64,000 nucleotides of DNA from Candidatus Marinacidobacterales bacterium (lineage in GTDB: Bacteria; Acidobacteriota; Vicinamibacteria; Marinacidobacterales; SMYC01). Of the stretch, positions 49,302 through 59,978 are shown in pieces (position 1 is the stretch's first letter; every line of letters starts with the position of its first letter). The stretch is taken from the NCBI GenBank assembly GCA_965224085.1, contig CBDCYI010000005.1:224001-288000 (forward strand), in the 5' to 3' direction. A model generated the notes under the pieces. That model saw nothing but the letters and a program-made list of their open reading frames with translations. It made no database searches and was not told the DNA's origin. The translations under genes were made by a program, and so were the position numbers.

Positions 49302-51071
49302 CTATCGCTTGATCCCTTGACGGGCCATTACCCTCTTGTCCAGCCAAGCGAATCGGGTCGGATAGTTCTCGACGGGTAAGATCTGATCGCCATGGACATA
49401 GGTCCTCGTTGCTAGATTCAAGCTCAAGGTGGGCAGAAAGATGACAGGCGCATCCTCGATAATCAAGCTTGCCCACTCCGCGACGAGCTCGATTCGGCGC
49501 TCCGGATCGACCGCATGATGGGCGGCGAGGGCCAACTGGTCCACCCTTTCGTTTGCGTAGAACATTCTATTCGAGCCGATCGGCTTCCATGAGCGGGAAT
49601 AAAACAGGAGCATCATCGGCTCATCCGCGTCGGCCGTCGGAATCCCCCAGGACAGCAGTGCTAACTCATACTCGGCCCGCTCGGGCGGGAGCGAAAGCAT
49701 CGAAGCATAGGTGGCCCACTCCCAGAACCTCAGCGAAACATCCACCCCGATGTCTCTCAACATGATGTGGACGAGCTCGGCTATCTGGTCGTCTCCCTTG
49801 GAGCGACCTTTGGCGGCGATGAGACTGAGTTTCAAAGGGCTACCGTCCCGGTCCTCAACCACGCCGTCTCCGTCTTTGTCGGAATATCCCGCCTGCTCGA
49901 GAAGAGCCCTCGCCCGCTGCTCACTGTAGGGGTAGAGGGATTCCTCGCCCTCCGTCATGTCCACGAAACCGACCACGCCCTCCGAGAGGATAGGTGCCCG
50001 GGGAGGCGATGCTCCGACACCGGCGAACACGCTGGCCACCATCCCGACTTTGTCCACCCCGTAGTTCAGCGCCCTTCGCACGAGCGGATCTTTCAGTCCC
50101 GGGGCGAGGTTGTTCAGCACGACGTAGTACTGCCGGGTGCTGGGGACGGTACGAACGGTGATGTGCGGGTCGGCGTCCAACCACTGCAGGTCGAAATCGC
50201 TGAGCTGGACGGCCCGGTCGGCCTCGCCGGTCTCCAGCATCATGGTTCTCACGCTGGCCTCCGGTACGATCACGATGGTCAAGCCGTCCAGGTATGGTAG
50301 CCTGGGTTTCCAGTAGCGCGGATTCCTCACGAAGCGGATAAACTCGCCGTGCCGCCACTCGTCCAGGAGGAAGGGCCCGGTGCCGGTGGGGTGAGTGTTC
50401 ATCCACTCCGCGCCATGCTCTAAATAAGCCCTGTGGTTCCAAATACACAGGGATCGATAGGCAAGATTTGGGAGAAAGGCCGCCAACGGGGCGTCGAAGC
50501 GAAAGCTCACGGTGTGCTCGTCTACCGCTTCGATTTCGTTGATGCCTTCTAGCAGGTACGTGGCCACGAACTTGCGAGCCCGGATCTCGTCGAAAACAGA
50601 CTTGACCGCTTCGGCGTTCAGGGAAGTGCCATCGGTGAAACGGACTCCTTTTTGAAGCTCGACCGTGCATACCTTGTCGTCGTCGGAAAAGTCCCAGCTA
50701 CTCGCCAGCCAGGGTACGACTTCATTCTTCTCGTTGATTTCCACGAGGTTCTCGCAAACGTTCAACCAGATCTCCTGAGCGTTGCTGGCGAGCTCGAAGC
50801 CCGGAAACAGGGTCCGGGGCTCGACCCCGTAGGCGTAAATCAACTCGCCACCGTACCGGCTGTCGTCGTCCCCATGGATATCGGTGCCGTGGGACCCCAC
50901 GCGTGATGCGCCGGAGGCTCGCGCCCCGCCAGTCGCTTCGATTTCAATGGAGCGCCCGAGCTCCTCGCTCGGGCGCTTGGGTGGCGGACCTTCGTCTGTT
51001 CGAGGCAAGATGGCCCAGCCAACGGCCAGCAAAACAACGCACGTGGTCGTAATCATCAACCAGGTTCGCAT
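49302..51071 (-). CDS. Peptide ABC transporter substrate-binding protein (family 5)
   Basis: PWLASSW, GVRFTDG, PTGTGPF, RNPRYW, D..VRRALNY; N-terminal membrane anchor. Confidence 0.93.
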   Translation of the reverse strand: MRTWLMITTTCVVLLAVGWAILPRTDEGPPPKRPSEELGRSIEIEATGGARASGASRVGSHGTDIHGDDDSRYGGELIYAYGVEPRTLFPGFELASNAQEIWLNVCENLVEINEKNEVVPWLASSWDFSDDDKVCTVELQKGVRFTDGTSLNAEAVKSVFDEIRARKFVATYLLEGINEIEAVDEHTVSFRFDAPLAAFLPNLAYRSLCIWNHRAYLEHGAEWMNTHPTGTGPFLLDEWRHGEFIRFVRNPRYWKPRLPYLDGLTIVIVPEASVRTMMLETGEADRAVQLSDFDLQWLDADPHITVRTVPSTRQYYVVLNNLAPGLKDPLVRRALNYGVDKVGMVASVFAGVGASPPRAPILSEGVVGFVDMTEGEESLYPYSEQRARALLEQAGYSDKDGDGVVEDRDGSPLKLSLIAAKGRSKGDDQIAELVHIMLRDIGVDVSLRFWEWATYASMLSLPPERAEYELALLSWGIPTADADEPMMLLFYSRSWKPIGSNRMFYANERVDQLALAAHHAVDPERRIELVAEWASLIIEDAPVIFLPTLSLNLATRTYVHGDQILPVENYPTRFAWLDKRVMARQGIKR

Positions 51072-51085
51072 CGTGACCCGTATTC

Positions 51086-51600
51086 TCAGCTCGACGCCCC
51101 GGCAGTTGAGCGAACCGTGGCCAGCTCACCCGTCTTGCTGCCCAGCAAGTCGGTCAGGTTGGAGTCGACGATTGCCTCCAACCGTTTGACTTGCACCGCC
51201 ACCCGGGCCGAGAGATCCTCGAACACTTCGTAGGACTGGCGGGTAGGAGCCATGTCGGTGCTCGACACCACCGCGGTGAGAGCGGCCAGCTTGTTGTGGA
51301 GCGCCTTCTGAGGCAGCGCCATGGGGTTGGGGCCCACGAGCCGCGTCAGTTTCCCTTCGATGTCCAAGAGCTCCTTGATCCGTTCGGCCGCCGCTTCCGA
51401 AACCTCGCCGCCCGCGGCACCTTCGCGCTCCTCGATCTGCTCCCGCGCTTCCCGAATCCGGTACACGGCATCGGTGGTCTCCGATAGCTTGTCGCGAATC
51501 TGGATCATCAGCTCGAATTGAGTGACGAGATCTTCCTCGGTCGCTGGGACTCGGGGGTCTTTGCGGATCTCAAACCCCTGCTCATACGTCTTGCCAAGCC
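51086..51600 (-). pseudogene. C-terminal fragment of a VPS10/BNR glycosyl-hydrolase-like gene
   Basis: FEIRKDPRV.AT..DL..QF.LM.QIRDKLSE..DAV, paralogous to 30934-31464; the rest of the gene is missing. Confidence 0.75.
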
Positions 51601-51643
51601 TGCCCTGGGCGGGAGCGAAGGGCCCACAGCGCATCGCGCAGGT

Positions 51644-52705
51644 CTATGGCCTCACTCTGACGTATTTCTGCAACTTCCGGGGGCGGGGCTCCCCACCGTA
51701 CAGGTTGCCGTCGCGATCCACCGCAACGAACTCCGCCCCATTCCCCGTGGTCTCACGCGGATCCCCCCACGGATAGAGAACGAAGGCGGTCACCCAACCG
51801 GTTCGGGCGTCCCCGATCCTGATCCCCATCTCCCAACCCGGATTCTGCACATCGTCTGACTCCGAGTCGGCCACATAGATCTGGTCGTTTTCGTCGAAGA
51901 AGATCCCGCTCGGTCGCCCGAATTGCGTCCACCTGGACAGGAAGTTCCCGTCCTGGTCGAAAATCTGGATCCGGTTGTTCGAGCGGTCGCCCACGAACAC
52001 CCGTCCTCTGGAATCGATGGCGATGGCGTGCAGCGTCCGGAACTCGCCCGGCCCGTAGCCGGTCTGTCCCCAGGTCTTGATGAACGTCCCGTCACTCGAG
52101 AACTTCACCACGCGGTTGTTTGTATTGTTGCCATGGCCATCCGCGACGAAAATGTCGCCATTGTCAGCCACCACGACATCGCTCGGGGCGTTGAAGCTGT
52201 ACCGACCGTCTCCGGGAACTCCCGGGGTGCCGAGGGTCATCAACACCTCTCCGTCCGGGCCGAACTTGATGACCTGGTGTCCTCTTGTCCCCTCTGGCGT
52301 TCGCGCGGCGCCCACCCCGTCGGTCACCCACACGTTTCCGTCCTGGTCCACGTCGATCCCGTGGGGCCATATGAACATCCCGCTCCCGAAGCTCTCCACG
52401 ACATTGCCTTCCAGGTCGAACTTGAGGATCGGGTCCAGATCCGAATCGAGACACTCGTTGCCGAACCGGGCCGGCCAGTCGGACTGGTAACATCGCACCA
52501 CCGCCCAGATATGCTCGCCATCGGGGTCGATCGTCACCCCGCCCACCGCTCCCATCTTCCTCCCGTCGGGAAGCTGGGCCCAGCCATCTACAGCGCGATA
52601 CGGATTCGGGAGGACCTGGGCGAAGGCCTCGACTCCAGTGCCGAGCCCTGTGACGAAGGCCAACGCTACCACTAACCTCCGTCGACTTGCATTCGACATA
52701 ACCAC
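51644..52705 (-). CDS. Secreted NHL-repeat protein (peptidyl-alpha-hydroxyglycine lyase-like)
   Basis: WPHGIDVD.DGNVWVTD, FNAPSDV, IFVADGH, VGDRSNNRIQIFD; signal peptide. Confidence 0.9.
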   Translation of the reverse strand: MVMSNASRRRLVVALAFVTGLGTGVEAFAQVLPNPYRAVDGWAQLPDGRKMGAVGGVTIDPDGEHIWAVVRCYQSDWPARFGNECLDSDLDPILKFDLEGNVVESFGSGMFIWPHGIDVDQDGNVWVTDGVGAARTPEGTRGHQVIKFGPDGEVLMTLGTPGVPGDGRYSFNAPSDVVVADNGDIFVADGHGNNTNNRVVKFSSDGTFIKTWGQTGYGPGEFRTLHAIAIDSRGRVFVGDRSNNRIQIFDQDGNFLSRWTQFGRPSGIFFDENDQIYVADSESDDVQNPGWEMGIRIGDARTGWVTAFVLYPWGDPRETTGNGAEFVAVDRDGNLYGGEPRPRKLQKYVRVRP

Positions 52706-53129
52706 ACCTCACCTCGAAAAGAATGACCTAACCCGGGATTTCCATTGTGGCCGTTTCAAATTCCGCTGCCTATTGTACATCGAGACCTGAGTCAAGTCCT
52801 TTCTTAGTTGAAACTCTCCAGGCTCACGATTACGCGACCTTCTTCTTCGTCGATACCAAGGTGCCAGGGCGTTCTCTTACGAGGTCGGGAATAGGCGAGT
52901 GGCGTTTCGCGGCGCCGGCCTGGCTTCGGCGTAACGCTAACGGTTCATAAGGCAACGTTAGTATCCACGCCACTACTGGAGTTGTGGCTCATCATTATTA
53001 ATGCTAATCCGGACGGACCCGTAGCCACGCGCCATTGTCGGACACGGAGGCAGCGATGCGATCCGCGCGCCACGGAAGCATGTTTGGGCATGGCGAGGAC
53101 GTCTGTCGGTACGAGTTCACGTGGGTCGA

Positions 53130-53618
53130 ACCATCGCCGCCCGCGGGGGACAGGGATGATGCCATGTGTGAGAGAGCGGTTCCGAGAAACGCAGGACTCG
53201 TTGTCCGGAGCGAAGATCGAACGAATGAAGACGACGGCGAAGCCGTCCTCCTTAATCCCTTCTGGCTCCCGTGGCCCGGAAAAACAAGGGAAACCGGTTA
53301 GAGGCGAGTGAGTTCACCGCGGCTGGCTTGCCGTGCAAAACCCGGAGTCCGGAGCCCCTGCCGGAGGCACCCGTCCGCCCATCGCCCATAGTGACTCGCA
53401 TCACGGCGCGCAGGTCGTGTCCAGGGCGGCGCAGCCGGCGCGCGAAGGTCGTGCAGGGCGGCGCAAAGCGCGCGAAACCTTGACACGACCTGCGCGCCGT
53501 GATTCCCTGGAAGGGCGATGGGCTGCGGCGAAAAAGGCGCAGGCAAAATGCCCCCAGTTTGGCTCACCAGTTCGGGAGAGCTTGCAGGTCCCGCCGCCGC
53601 GCGAGCGGCTTAGTTCAA
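53130..53618 (-). mobile_element. Solo non-coding leader of the integrase/IS91 element (copy 3, inverted, no ORFs)
   Basis: Reverse complement of 27514-28126 apart from the loop; ends in GCGGCTTAGTTCAA at 53605-53618. Confidence 0.9.
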
Positions 53619-53734
53619 CAACGATTATGTAGAGCTCTACAATAATCACGGACTCCGCATTACAACAACTCTCGTCGCTGAGGATGGCCGAAGTGTGGCA
53701 GCTCTCTCGTTCGGCGTATCCTTGCCAATTGCTG

Positions 53735-53952
53735 CGCGGCGCGAGGTTTTCCATCACGAGGTCGGCTCGGCACCGACAGATCGCGCGCAGCGCGTTGGCG
53801 CCGAGTGAGACGAGGAAGATGAGAACACGGAGCATAGCGCCGGAGTGTCCACCGCCCTCGGCGCGATCTCAAGCGCAGCACCGGGCGCTTTGGCCGAAGA
53901 ACGGCGCGTAAGTATTGTGATTTCAAACACGGACGCATTTTGATGAGGCACA
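53735..53952 (-). pseudogene. Left-end remnant of an rve/integrase-core-type IS
   Basis: TG-starting terminus TGTGCCTCATCAAAAT, then an ORF from 53835 with RADLVMENLA (typical N-terminal ENLALR motif) that is then truncated. Confidence 0.5.
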
Positions 53953-54275
53953 GGAGGGAGAGTTCGTCTATTATTAATGATTGTTCACGCGGGTCGTGGA
54001 TGCGCGAGTAGAGTCGAGGAGGCGGGAGGAGAGCGCCGCATCGGGGACGAAGACAATTCCCCGAAGTGGCTCGGGCGTTTGCACGAGCTTTTTTTTGGCC
54101 ATCCGTCCTCACCGCGAGGAGGGAAGATCACGATGTCAGGTCGTACGCTTTCTTCTTCCCCGGAGCCCGGCTCCCACACATACCTTACGTATCGTCCTCC
54201 GAGCCTGGAGGTTGCTGTACGCCAGTCAGTCGAGAGCTCGTATTAATCGTTCCCAGCTCTTCTCAAGGAGGAAGC

Positions 54276-56408
54276 ATGATGAAGCGATCCTGGATCGGTT
54301 GTCGCGTCCTGGCTCTAGCGGCCCTCTTAGGAGTCGCGTCCGCTGGCTCCGCGCAGATGACGGGCCTCGAGAACGGGGAGTGGCATTACCTGGGAGGTGA
54401 CGCCGGGCACACCCGGTCCAATCCGCGGCTGAACCAGATCAACGCGTCCAACTTCTCCGATCTGCAGGTAGCCTGGACCTGGCGGGGGGACAACTTCGGG
54501 CCGAGCGTCGAGTACACGTTCCGGTCCACGCCGGTCTTCGTGGACGGCGTGTTGTACACGGTTGTCGGTCAGCGGCGGCAGGTGGCGGCGATCGACGCCA
54601 CCACGGGCGAGACGCTCTGGACCTTCCGGGAGCCCGAGACGATGAGGTATCTGCGCTCGCCGAGGACGGACTTCGGAAAGAGTGTCGCCTACGCGGAGGT
54701 GGACGGACGGGGCGTGATCTACATCACGTCGCCCGCCTTCTTCCTCTGGGCGCTGGACGCCAAGACGGGGCGGCCCCTGGAGGACTGGGGCACGCCCGTA
54801 CCGGTGGAGGATTTCTCCCGGACCGGCGTCGTTGATCTGATACCGGACCTCGTGGCGGACTGGGAGCCCTGGCTGACCCGGACGACCGGGCCGTACGACG
54901 CGGACCACGGGATCCCGAGGCAGCTGGGCATGGTCACCAGCTCGTCGCCGCCCATCGTGGTGAACGGGGTGGTCGTGGTGCTTATCGGCCACGAGCCCAG
55001 CTACGACCAGACCCGGATCGAGAACGTCCCGGGCGACATCATGGGCTACGACGGCAGAACCGGAGAGCATCTCTGGAAGTTCCACGTCATCCCGCGGCCC
55101 GGCGAGTTCGGCCACGACACGTGGGAGAACGACGCCTGGCGGTGGTCGGGCGACATGTCGTCGTGGGCTCCCGCGTCCGCCGACCCGGAGCTGGGGCTCG
55201 TGTACATCGTGACGAACGCCTCGACCGTCCAGTCGTACACGGGCCATCGCCCGGGCCACAACCTCTTCGGCGGCAGCGTCCTCGCGTTGGACGTCAGGAC
55301 GGGCGAGCGGAGGTGGCACTTCCAGATCCACCACAGTGACCAGTGGAACTACGACATTCCCGCCGCGCCCATTCTGATGGATCTCACGGTGGACGGACAG
55401 CGAATCCCCGCGTTGATCCAGAACACGAAGCAGGGCCTCATCTTCGCGTTGAACCGGGAGACCGGTAAGCCGATCTGGCCTATCGAGGAGCGCCCGGTCA
55501 TGCAGACCCAGGTCCCCGGCAATTATACGGCGCCCACGCAACCCTACCCGACCCGGCCGGAACCGCTGGACCCCATCGTATGGAACGGGATCACCGACGA
55601 GTTCGTGATGGACTACACGCCGGAGCTGAGGCGGCGCGCCACGGAGATCCTGAGCGAATTTCGGGTCGGGGGCCTCTACGTACCGCCGCTGCCCTATCCC
55701 CACAACAACGACTACCGCAACGTTGTCGGCTGCAGCGGCGGGTTGAACATGTACCATCCGCCGGTTGCGGATCCGACGACGGGAATCATGTACGCGTCGC
55801 ACCGGCGGGGCTGCAGAGCCCCCTCGTTCCTGGTGCCCACGAACGGGGAGGACGAGGAGCGGGGGTTGCCCGGACTGAGTGCGGTGAGCTGGAGAGGGCG
55901 GGAGCGGCATACGTCCACCACAGGTACCACGGTCGCAGCGTGGGCGCCCGGCGGCCGCCGCGCGTTTCTGCCGCTGATCGAGGGCCTGCCGGTCTACAAG
56001 CCTCTGTACCAAGGGCTCGCCGCCTACGACATGAACACGGGCGAAAAGCTCTGGGACATTCCGGTCGGCGAGACGCCCGAGCGGATCAGGAACCACCCTC
56101 TTTTGTCGGGAGTGGATATTCCCAATACGGGAGGAACCGGCAACTCCATCCAGATGGTCGTGGGCGACCTCCTGTTGCAAACCATGGAGGACCTGCGGGG
56201 CGATGCCGAAGTGAGCGAGAACGGCATGCCGCTCCTGCATGCCCGCGACAAGCGGACGGGTGAGATCCTGGCGAGCGTCGAGCTCCCGATACCCGGCCAG
56301 TACGGGATGATGACCTACATGCACGAAGCAAAGCAGTACATCGTGGTGCAGGCGGGCAGCGCGAAACGCAACCAACCGGGCTCGCTGGTGGCGCTGACGC
56401 TGCCGTAG
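54276..56408 (+). CDS. PQQ-dependent dehydrogenase (quinoprotein glucose dehydrogenase-like)
   Basis: Signal peptide; GEW.YLGGD.G.TR, QINASN..DLQVAW, AIDATTGETLW, WHFQ.HH.D.WNYD, MTYMH..KQYIV; RBS GGAGG. Confidence 0.93.
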   Translation: MMKRSWIGCRVLALAALLGVASAGSAQMTGLENGEWHYLGGDAGHTRSNPRLNQINASNFSDLQVAWTWRGDNFGPSVEYTFRSTPVFVDGVLYTVVGQRRQVAAIDATTGETLWTFREPETMRYLRSPRTDFGKSVAYAEVDGRGVIYITSPAFFLWALDAKTGRPLEDWGTPVPVEDFSRTGVVDLIPDLVADWEPWLTRTTGPYDADHGIPRQLGMVTSSSPPIVVNGVVVVLIGHEPSYDQTRIENVPGDIMGYDGRTGEHLWKFHVIPRPGEFGHDTWENDAWRWSGDMSSWAPASADPELGLVYIVTNASTVQSYTGHRPGHNLFGGSVLALDVRTGERRWHFQIHHSDQWNYDIPAAPILMDLTVDGQRIPALIQNTKQGLIFALNRETGKPIWPIEERPVMQTQVPGNYTAPTQPYPTRPEPLDPIVWNGITDEFVMDYTPELRRRATEILSEFRVGGLYVPPLPYPHNNDYRNVVGCSGGLNMYHPPVADPTTGIMYASHRRGCRAPSFLVPTNGEDEERGLPGLSAVSWRGRERHTSTTGTTVAAWAPGGRRAFLPLIEGLPVYKPLYQGLAAYDMNTGEKLWDIPVGETPERIRNHPLLSGVDIPNTGGTGNSIQMVVGDLLLQTMEDLRGDAEVSENGMPLLHARDKRTGEILASVELPIPGQYGMMTYMHEAKQYIVVQAGSAKRNQPGSLVALTLP

Positions 56409-56429
56409 CCTCGCGATCGGTTCCTCGAT

Positions 56430-56473
56430 GGGGCCGGCCCGGGGGGAACTCCTCCTCGGGCCGGCCTCTGTTT
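56430..56473 (+). terminator. Probable intrinsic terminator
   Basis: GC-rich stem GGGGCCGGCCCGGGGGG / CCTCCTCGGGCCGGCCTC followed by TGTTT, 21 bp after the stop codon. Confidence 0.7.
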
Positions 56474-56910
56474 GTGCGCCCGACGCCTTCGCTTATCGAG
56501 TGCGCCCGATAACTCGCCTGGACGACGAGGGCTCCGAGACGCAGAAGGCTGCTAGAGAGATCCAGCCGGTCGCGCAGGGCGGCGGCTAAGAGGTCAACCC
56601 GCATCCAAGTGCCGTCCACACCCTTGTACTCCGCCGCTGCTTGTCCGCCCACCAGCCCAGGCGCCATCAGCGGAACAAAACGAACTAGCTTCCGCCTCGG
56701 CGCTCTTTTTTACTTTTCCTTCCGCCGATGCCGACCAGTGCCTCTTCAGCTCTTCGTAGTTCAACCTCAAGGCACGCGACGTCCCATGGACTCCACACTC
56801 GCTCGCCAGTCCCGCCCCAACCTTCCACAGTGCTTCCGGGATTCTCCGCCTCTGCCGAAGAGTCGCGGTCTCTTTAGGGTCGCTTTCCTATCCGATCCCG
56901 TCCCTCCTGC

Positions 56911-59010
56911 CTAGGGTTGGGTAGAATCCTTTCCTTTCTCGTCATCTCCGGTGTCGACGGGCACCTTTTCCCATGTATAGTCGCGGCCCATCGCGTGTTT
57001 CTCGAACCAATCCAACTCAGCGTTCATCTTGAACAGTTGATGGCGCAGCTCTCTCCATCCGTGTCCTTCTCGGGGTGCGACGTAGAGGCGCGTCGGAACG
57101 CCGTTGGACTTGAGCGCTCGATATAGCTCGACCGACTGAGGAGCCGGCACCCGCACGTCGTTCTCTCCTACCAGAATCAGCGTAGGCGTCTTCACTTGCG
57201 AGATCTTGCTCAGCGGGGAATGCTCCCAGTAGTTCGAGAAAGGGGCGTCTTGCTCCCACGGGGTGCCACCAAACCAGGCCGTGCGGAAATGCCTTAGGTC
57301 GCTCTGCCCGTACATCGAAATCCAGTTGACTGCGCCCGCCCCCGATGAGGCTGCCTTGAAACGGTCCGTAAATGTGATCATCCAGTTCGTCTGGTACCCG
57401 CCGCCGCTCCATCCCATCTTGATGAGGCGATCCGGATCGGCGATACCCATGTCGATGACAAGATCGACTCCAGCCAAAATGTCGAGGTGGGAGTTGTTGA
57501 AGAAATGCCGCATCCGATCGCGCTGAAATGCGGCGCCGTAGCCGCCACTCCCGCGAAAGTTCGTCTTGAGCACAGCATAACCCTTGGCCGTGAGCACCTG
57601 CACGTAGTCGATCCATCGACCAAAGCCAAACTTGTCCGATGACGCGCTGCCACCATGGTTCTGCGAAACCAGCGGGTAGCGCTTACCGGCTTCATACGCA
57701 AGCGGATAATAGAGAAGTCCCTCGATCGTCACGCCGTCGGCGCCCGTCCACTGAAGCTTCTCTTGCCGCGGCAGCTCGAACTCGCGCGCCAGATAGTCGA
57801 ACACGTGGGTGATCTGGGTCGGGGCAACGTCGTCACCCGCCGCCGGGAACATCCAGACGTCGCCTGGGTTGGTCGGCTCGTCAATGGTAAGTACATGCTG
57901 GTTGGCCGGTAACGCCAGCGTCCACCTGATCGCATGTCGGCCATCGGTCAACTGCACCGGCTTACCGTCGTCAAGATCGACCCGAAATAGCTCACTATGG
58001 ACACCCATGTTAGCGACGAAGAAAATCGACTGCCCCGTAACCGACCAGGAGGCATCCACCACGTCGTATAGCAGATCCGGAAGCAGCATCTGCGGCTGGC
58101 TACCGGTGGCCGAGACCAGGAACATGCTGCTCTTGTACAAGCCAGCAGAACTCAAGGGATCAAACCGCTCGTTTGCCATCGAAAAGAACAACACCTGCGA
58201 ATTATCGGGCGAGAGCTGAGCTCCACGCCCTCCGCAACAGCTCGGCGCTTCGGGCCAGCTGTTCTTGGTAATCTGAACCGCGTTTTCTCCTGTCGCGTCC
58301 ATCACCCACACTTCGCCTTTGTGTGCATCGCCGCCCAGTGGCGTCGGTGCGCGGTGAAAGACAATCCTCCGTCCGTCTCGCGACAGTTGATAGTCGAGTA
58401 GCGAGAAGTCCCCCTTCGTGATCCGTTCCTCAACTTTGTCGGCAATGGAAATCCGCCAGAGGTGGCGGTGCGTGTAGTTCTCGTCGAACGGGTACACGTC
58501 GTCGTCTACCTTCTCGTGTACCTCCTGTTCTGCAGTCTTTGGCTCGAATGCCAGGAAGTAGACAAAGGTGCCGTCGGCCGCCCAGGAAAGCCTGGACACC
58601 GAGGTGGCGTGATGAGTTACCTTTTCGGCCTCGCCGCCGGCGCTCCTCATGATGTGGACCTGGGGCAGGTCACCGCGCCGGCCGACGAAAGCGATCCGCT
58701 GGCCGTCGGGTGACCACCGAGGCTCACTTTCTCCGTTGCGTCCGTTCGTCATCTGAATAGGAGCGTTGCCATTTGGCTCAGCGCGCCAGATGTGGCTCAC
58801 CCGCCCGTTGATCTCCCAATCGGGCTCGGAGAGAACGAACAGCACGTGACGACCGTCGGAAGAGAGTTGAGGATCGCTCAATCTTGGAACTTCCAGGAGA
58901 TCGACGAGCGTCATAGGCCGCTTCTCGGCCTCGGCCCGGAGCTGCCCCGCCAAGAGGCTTATCAAAACGATGCCATGGCTAATCGGAGAATGTTTCGAAT
59001 TCTGTCGCAT
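56911..59010 (-). CDS. S9-family prolyl oligopeptidase / acylaminoacyl peptidase
   Basis: PD40-like propeller (PRWSPDG), HGG, NFRGSGGYG, GWSGGG (Ser), GENDVRVP (Asp), REGHG (His). Confidence 0.95.
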   Translation of the reverse strand: MRQNSKHSPISHGIVLISLLAGQLRAEAEKRPMTLVDLLEVPRLSDPQLSSDGRHVLFVLSEPDWEINGRVSHIWRAEPNGNAPIQMTNGRNGESEPRWSPDGQRIAFVGRRGDLPQVHIMRSAGGEAEKVTHHATSVSRLSWAADGTFVYFLAFEPKTAEQEVHEKVDDDVYPFDENYTHRHLWRISIADKVEERITKGDFSLLDYQLSRDGRRIVFHRAPTPLGGDAHKGEVWVMDATGENAVQITKNSWPEAPSCCGGRGAQLSPDNSQVLFFSMANERFDPLSSAGLYKSSMFLVSATGSQPQMLLPDLLYDVVDASWSVTGQSIFFVANMGVHSELFRVDLDDGKPVQLTDGRHAIRWTLALPANQHVLTIDEPTNPGDVWMFPAAGDDVAPTQITHVFDYLAREFELPRQEKLQWTGADGVTIEGLLYYPLAYEAGKRYPLVSQNHGGSASSDKFGFGRWIDYVQVLTAKGYAVLKTNFRGSGGYGAAFQRDRMRHFFNNSHLDILAGVDLVIDMGIADPDRLIKMGWSGGGYQTNWMITFTDRFKAASSGAGAVNWISMYGQSDLRHFRTAWFGGTPWEQDAPFSNYWEHSPLSKISQVKTPTLILVGENDVRVPAPQSVELYRALKSNGVPTRLYVAPREGHGWRELRHQLFKMNAELDWFEKHAMGRDYTWEKVPVDTGDDEKGKDSTQP

Positions 59011-59137
59011 GGAACACCTTGCCTTTTGTGCTAGATGAGATCAGGAACAATCTTCCTGGAAGCGGGGAGGTTACGCTTGGGAAACGACCTACGCCCGGCT
59101 CCTTTCGTAATCTACAGCGAGGCCGGCATGGTGTCCA

Positions 59138-59192
59138 ACGCTAAATCGCTCGGACTGCCGAGTCCAATCGATTGCGCTTCTGGGCTCATAAG
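59138..59192 (-). promoter_or_regulatory. Conserved operator + sigma-70 promoter module, copy C
   Basis: Minus strand CTTAT-N6-AGAAG-CGC-AATCGAT-TGGACT-N17-TAGCGT upstream of the S9 peptidase. Confidence 0.7.
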
Positions 59193-59424
59193 TCGAGCTG
59201 CCAGGATCCGCATATCGAGCGGGCCACGGTCTCGACGAGACTGGGCGGTTAACTGGTTCCGCTCTTGCAACTCAGAGTGAAGTTGCTCGATGGGCCTTGT
59301 CGCCTATCACCGTTTATGCAAGCATACGCATTGCGCCGTGATCCTGGCCGAGGCAAGCCTGAGTTGTCTCGGGAGGAGCGAGTCAGCATCGATCCAAGCA
59401 TGAAGAGCGTTAGCAGGAGTTGCC

Positions 59425-59590
59425 ATGCACAAAGTATCGTTTCGGCCGGTCGTCACTGAGGAGATGAAGGAGGCCGCGGGCCAGGTGTTAGAGAACGTTA
59501 TATCCGGACGGATCCGGATAGTGATTCCGAGGGCAAGCGGTTCGAGGAGGAGTTCGCCGCGTTTGTGCAAGGACCGGACGGGCGCTACCT
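59425..59590 (+). pseudogene. 5' remnant of a second DegT-family aminotransferase
   Basis: MHKVSFRPVVTEEMKEAAGQVLE, then a frameshift to YIRTDPDSDSEGKRFEEEFAAFVQGPD, matching the N-terminus of 21138-22319; RBS AGGAG intact. Confidence 0.88.
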
Positions 59591-59978
59591 TGCAAAACTG
59601 GGTACCATAGGCGACGACGCTCGAACCGAATCCTGGATCCGGCACCTGATCGAAATCGATTCGTTCTGGTAATCGTCCTCACTGGATGCTGGCGAGCCCT
59701 CTTCTCGGTCAGGGCAAGGTTCGAGAAGCCCAGCAACACGCTGAAATCGCCCACCACCTCGCGCCGTATGTGCAGCTTGTGGGCAGGCTCCGAGAAGCAA
59801 CGAAACGGTTGTTGGAAGCTGAAGGCAACTCCGAACGGTAGATCGTCGGTCGGGGGACCAAGTACGCTGCCTTGGCCTGTAAGGTGGGACAGAAAGTTGT
59901 TGCTGTGTTCTTACAATTTGGAACCGCCCCTGTCTAGTTCGGGTTCGCGTCGGTTTGCTATAAACAATGGAGGTTGCT

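Noticed and set aside
54327-56375. 682-aa minus-strand ORF
   Set aside because: Antisense shadow of the PQQ dehydrogenase caused by high-GC codon bias.
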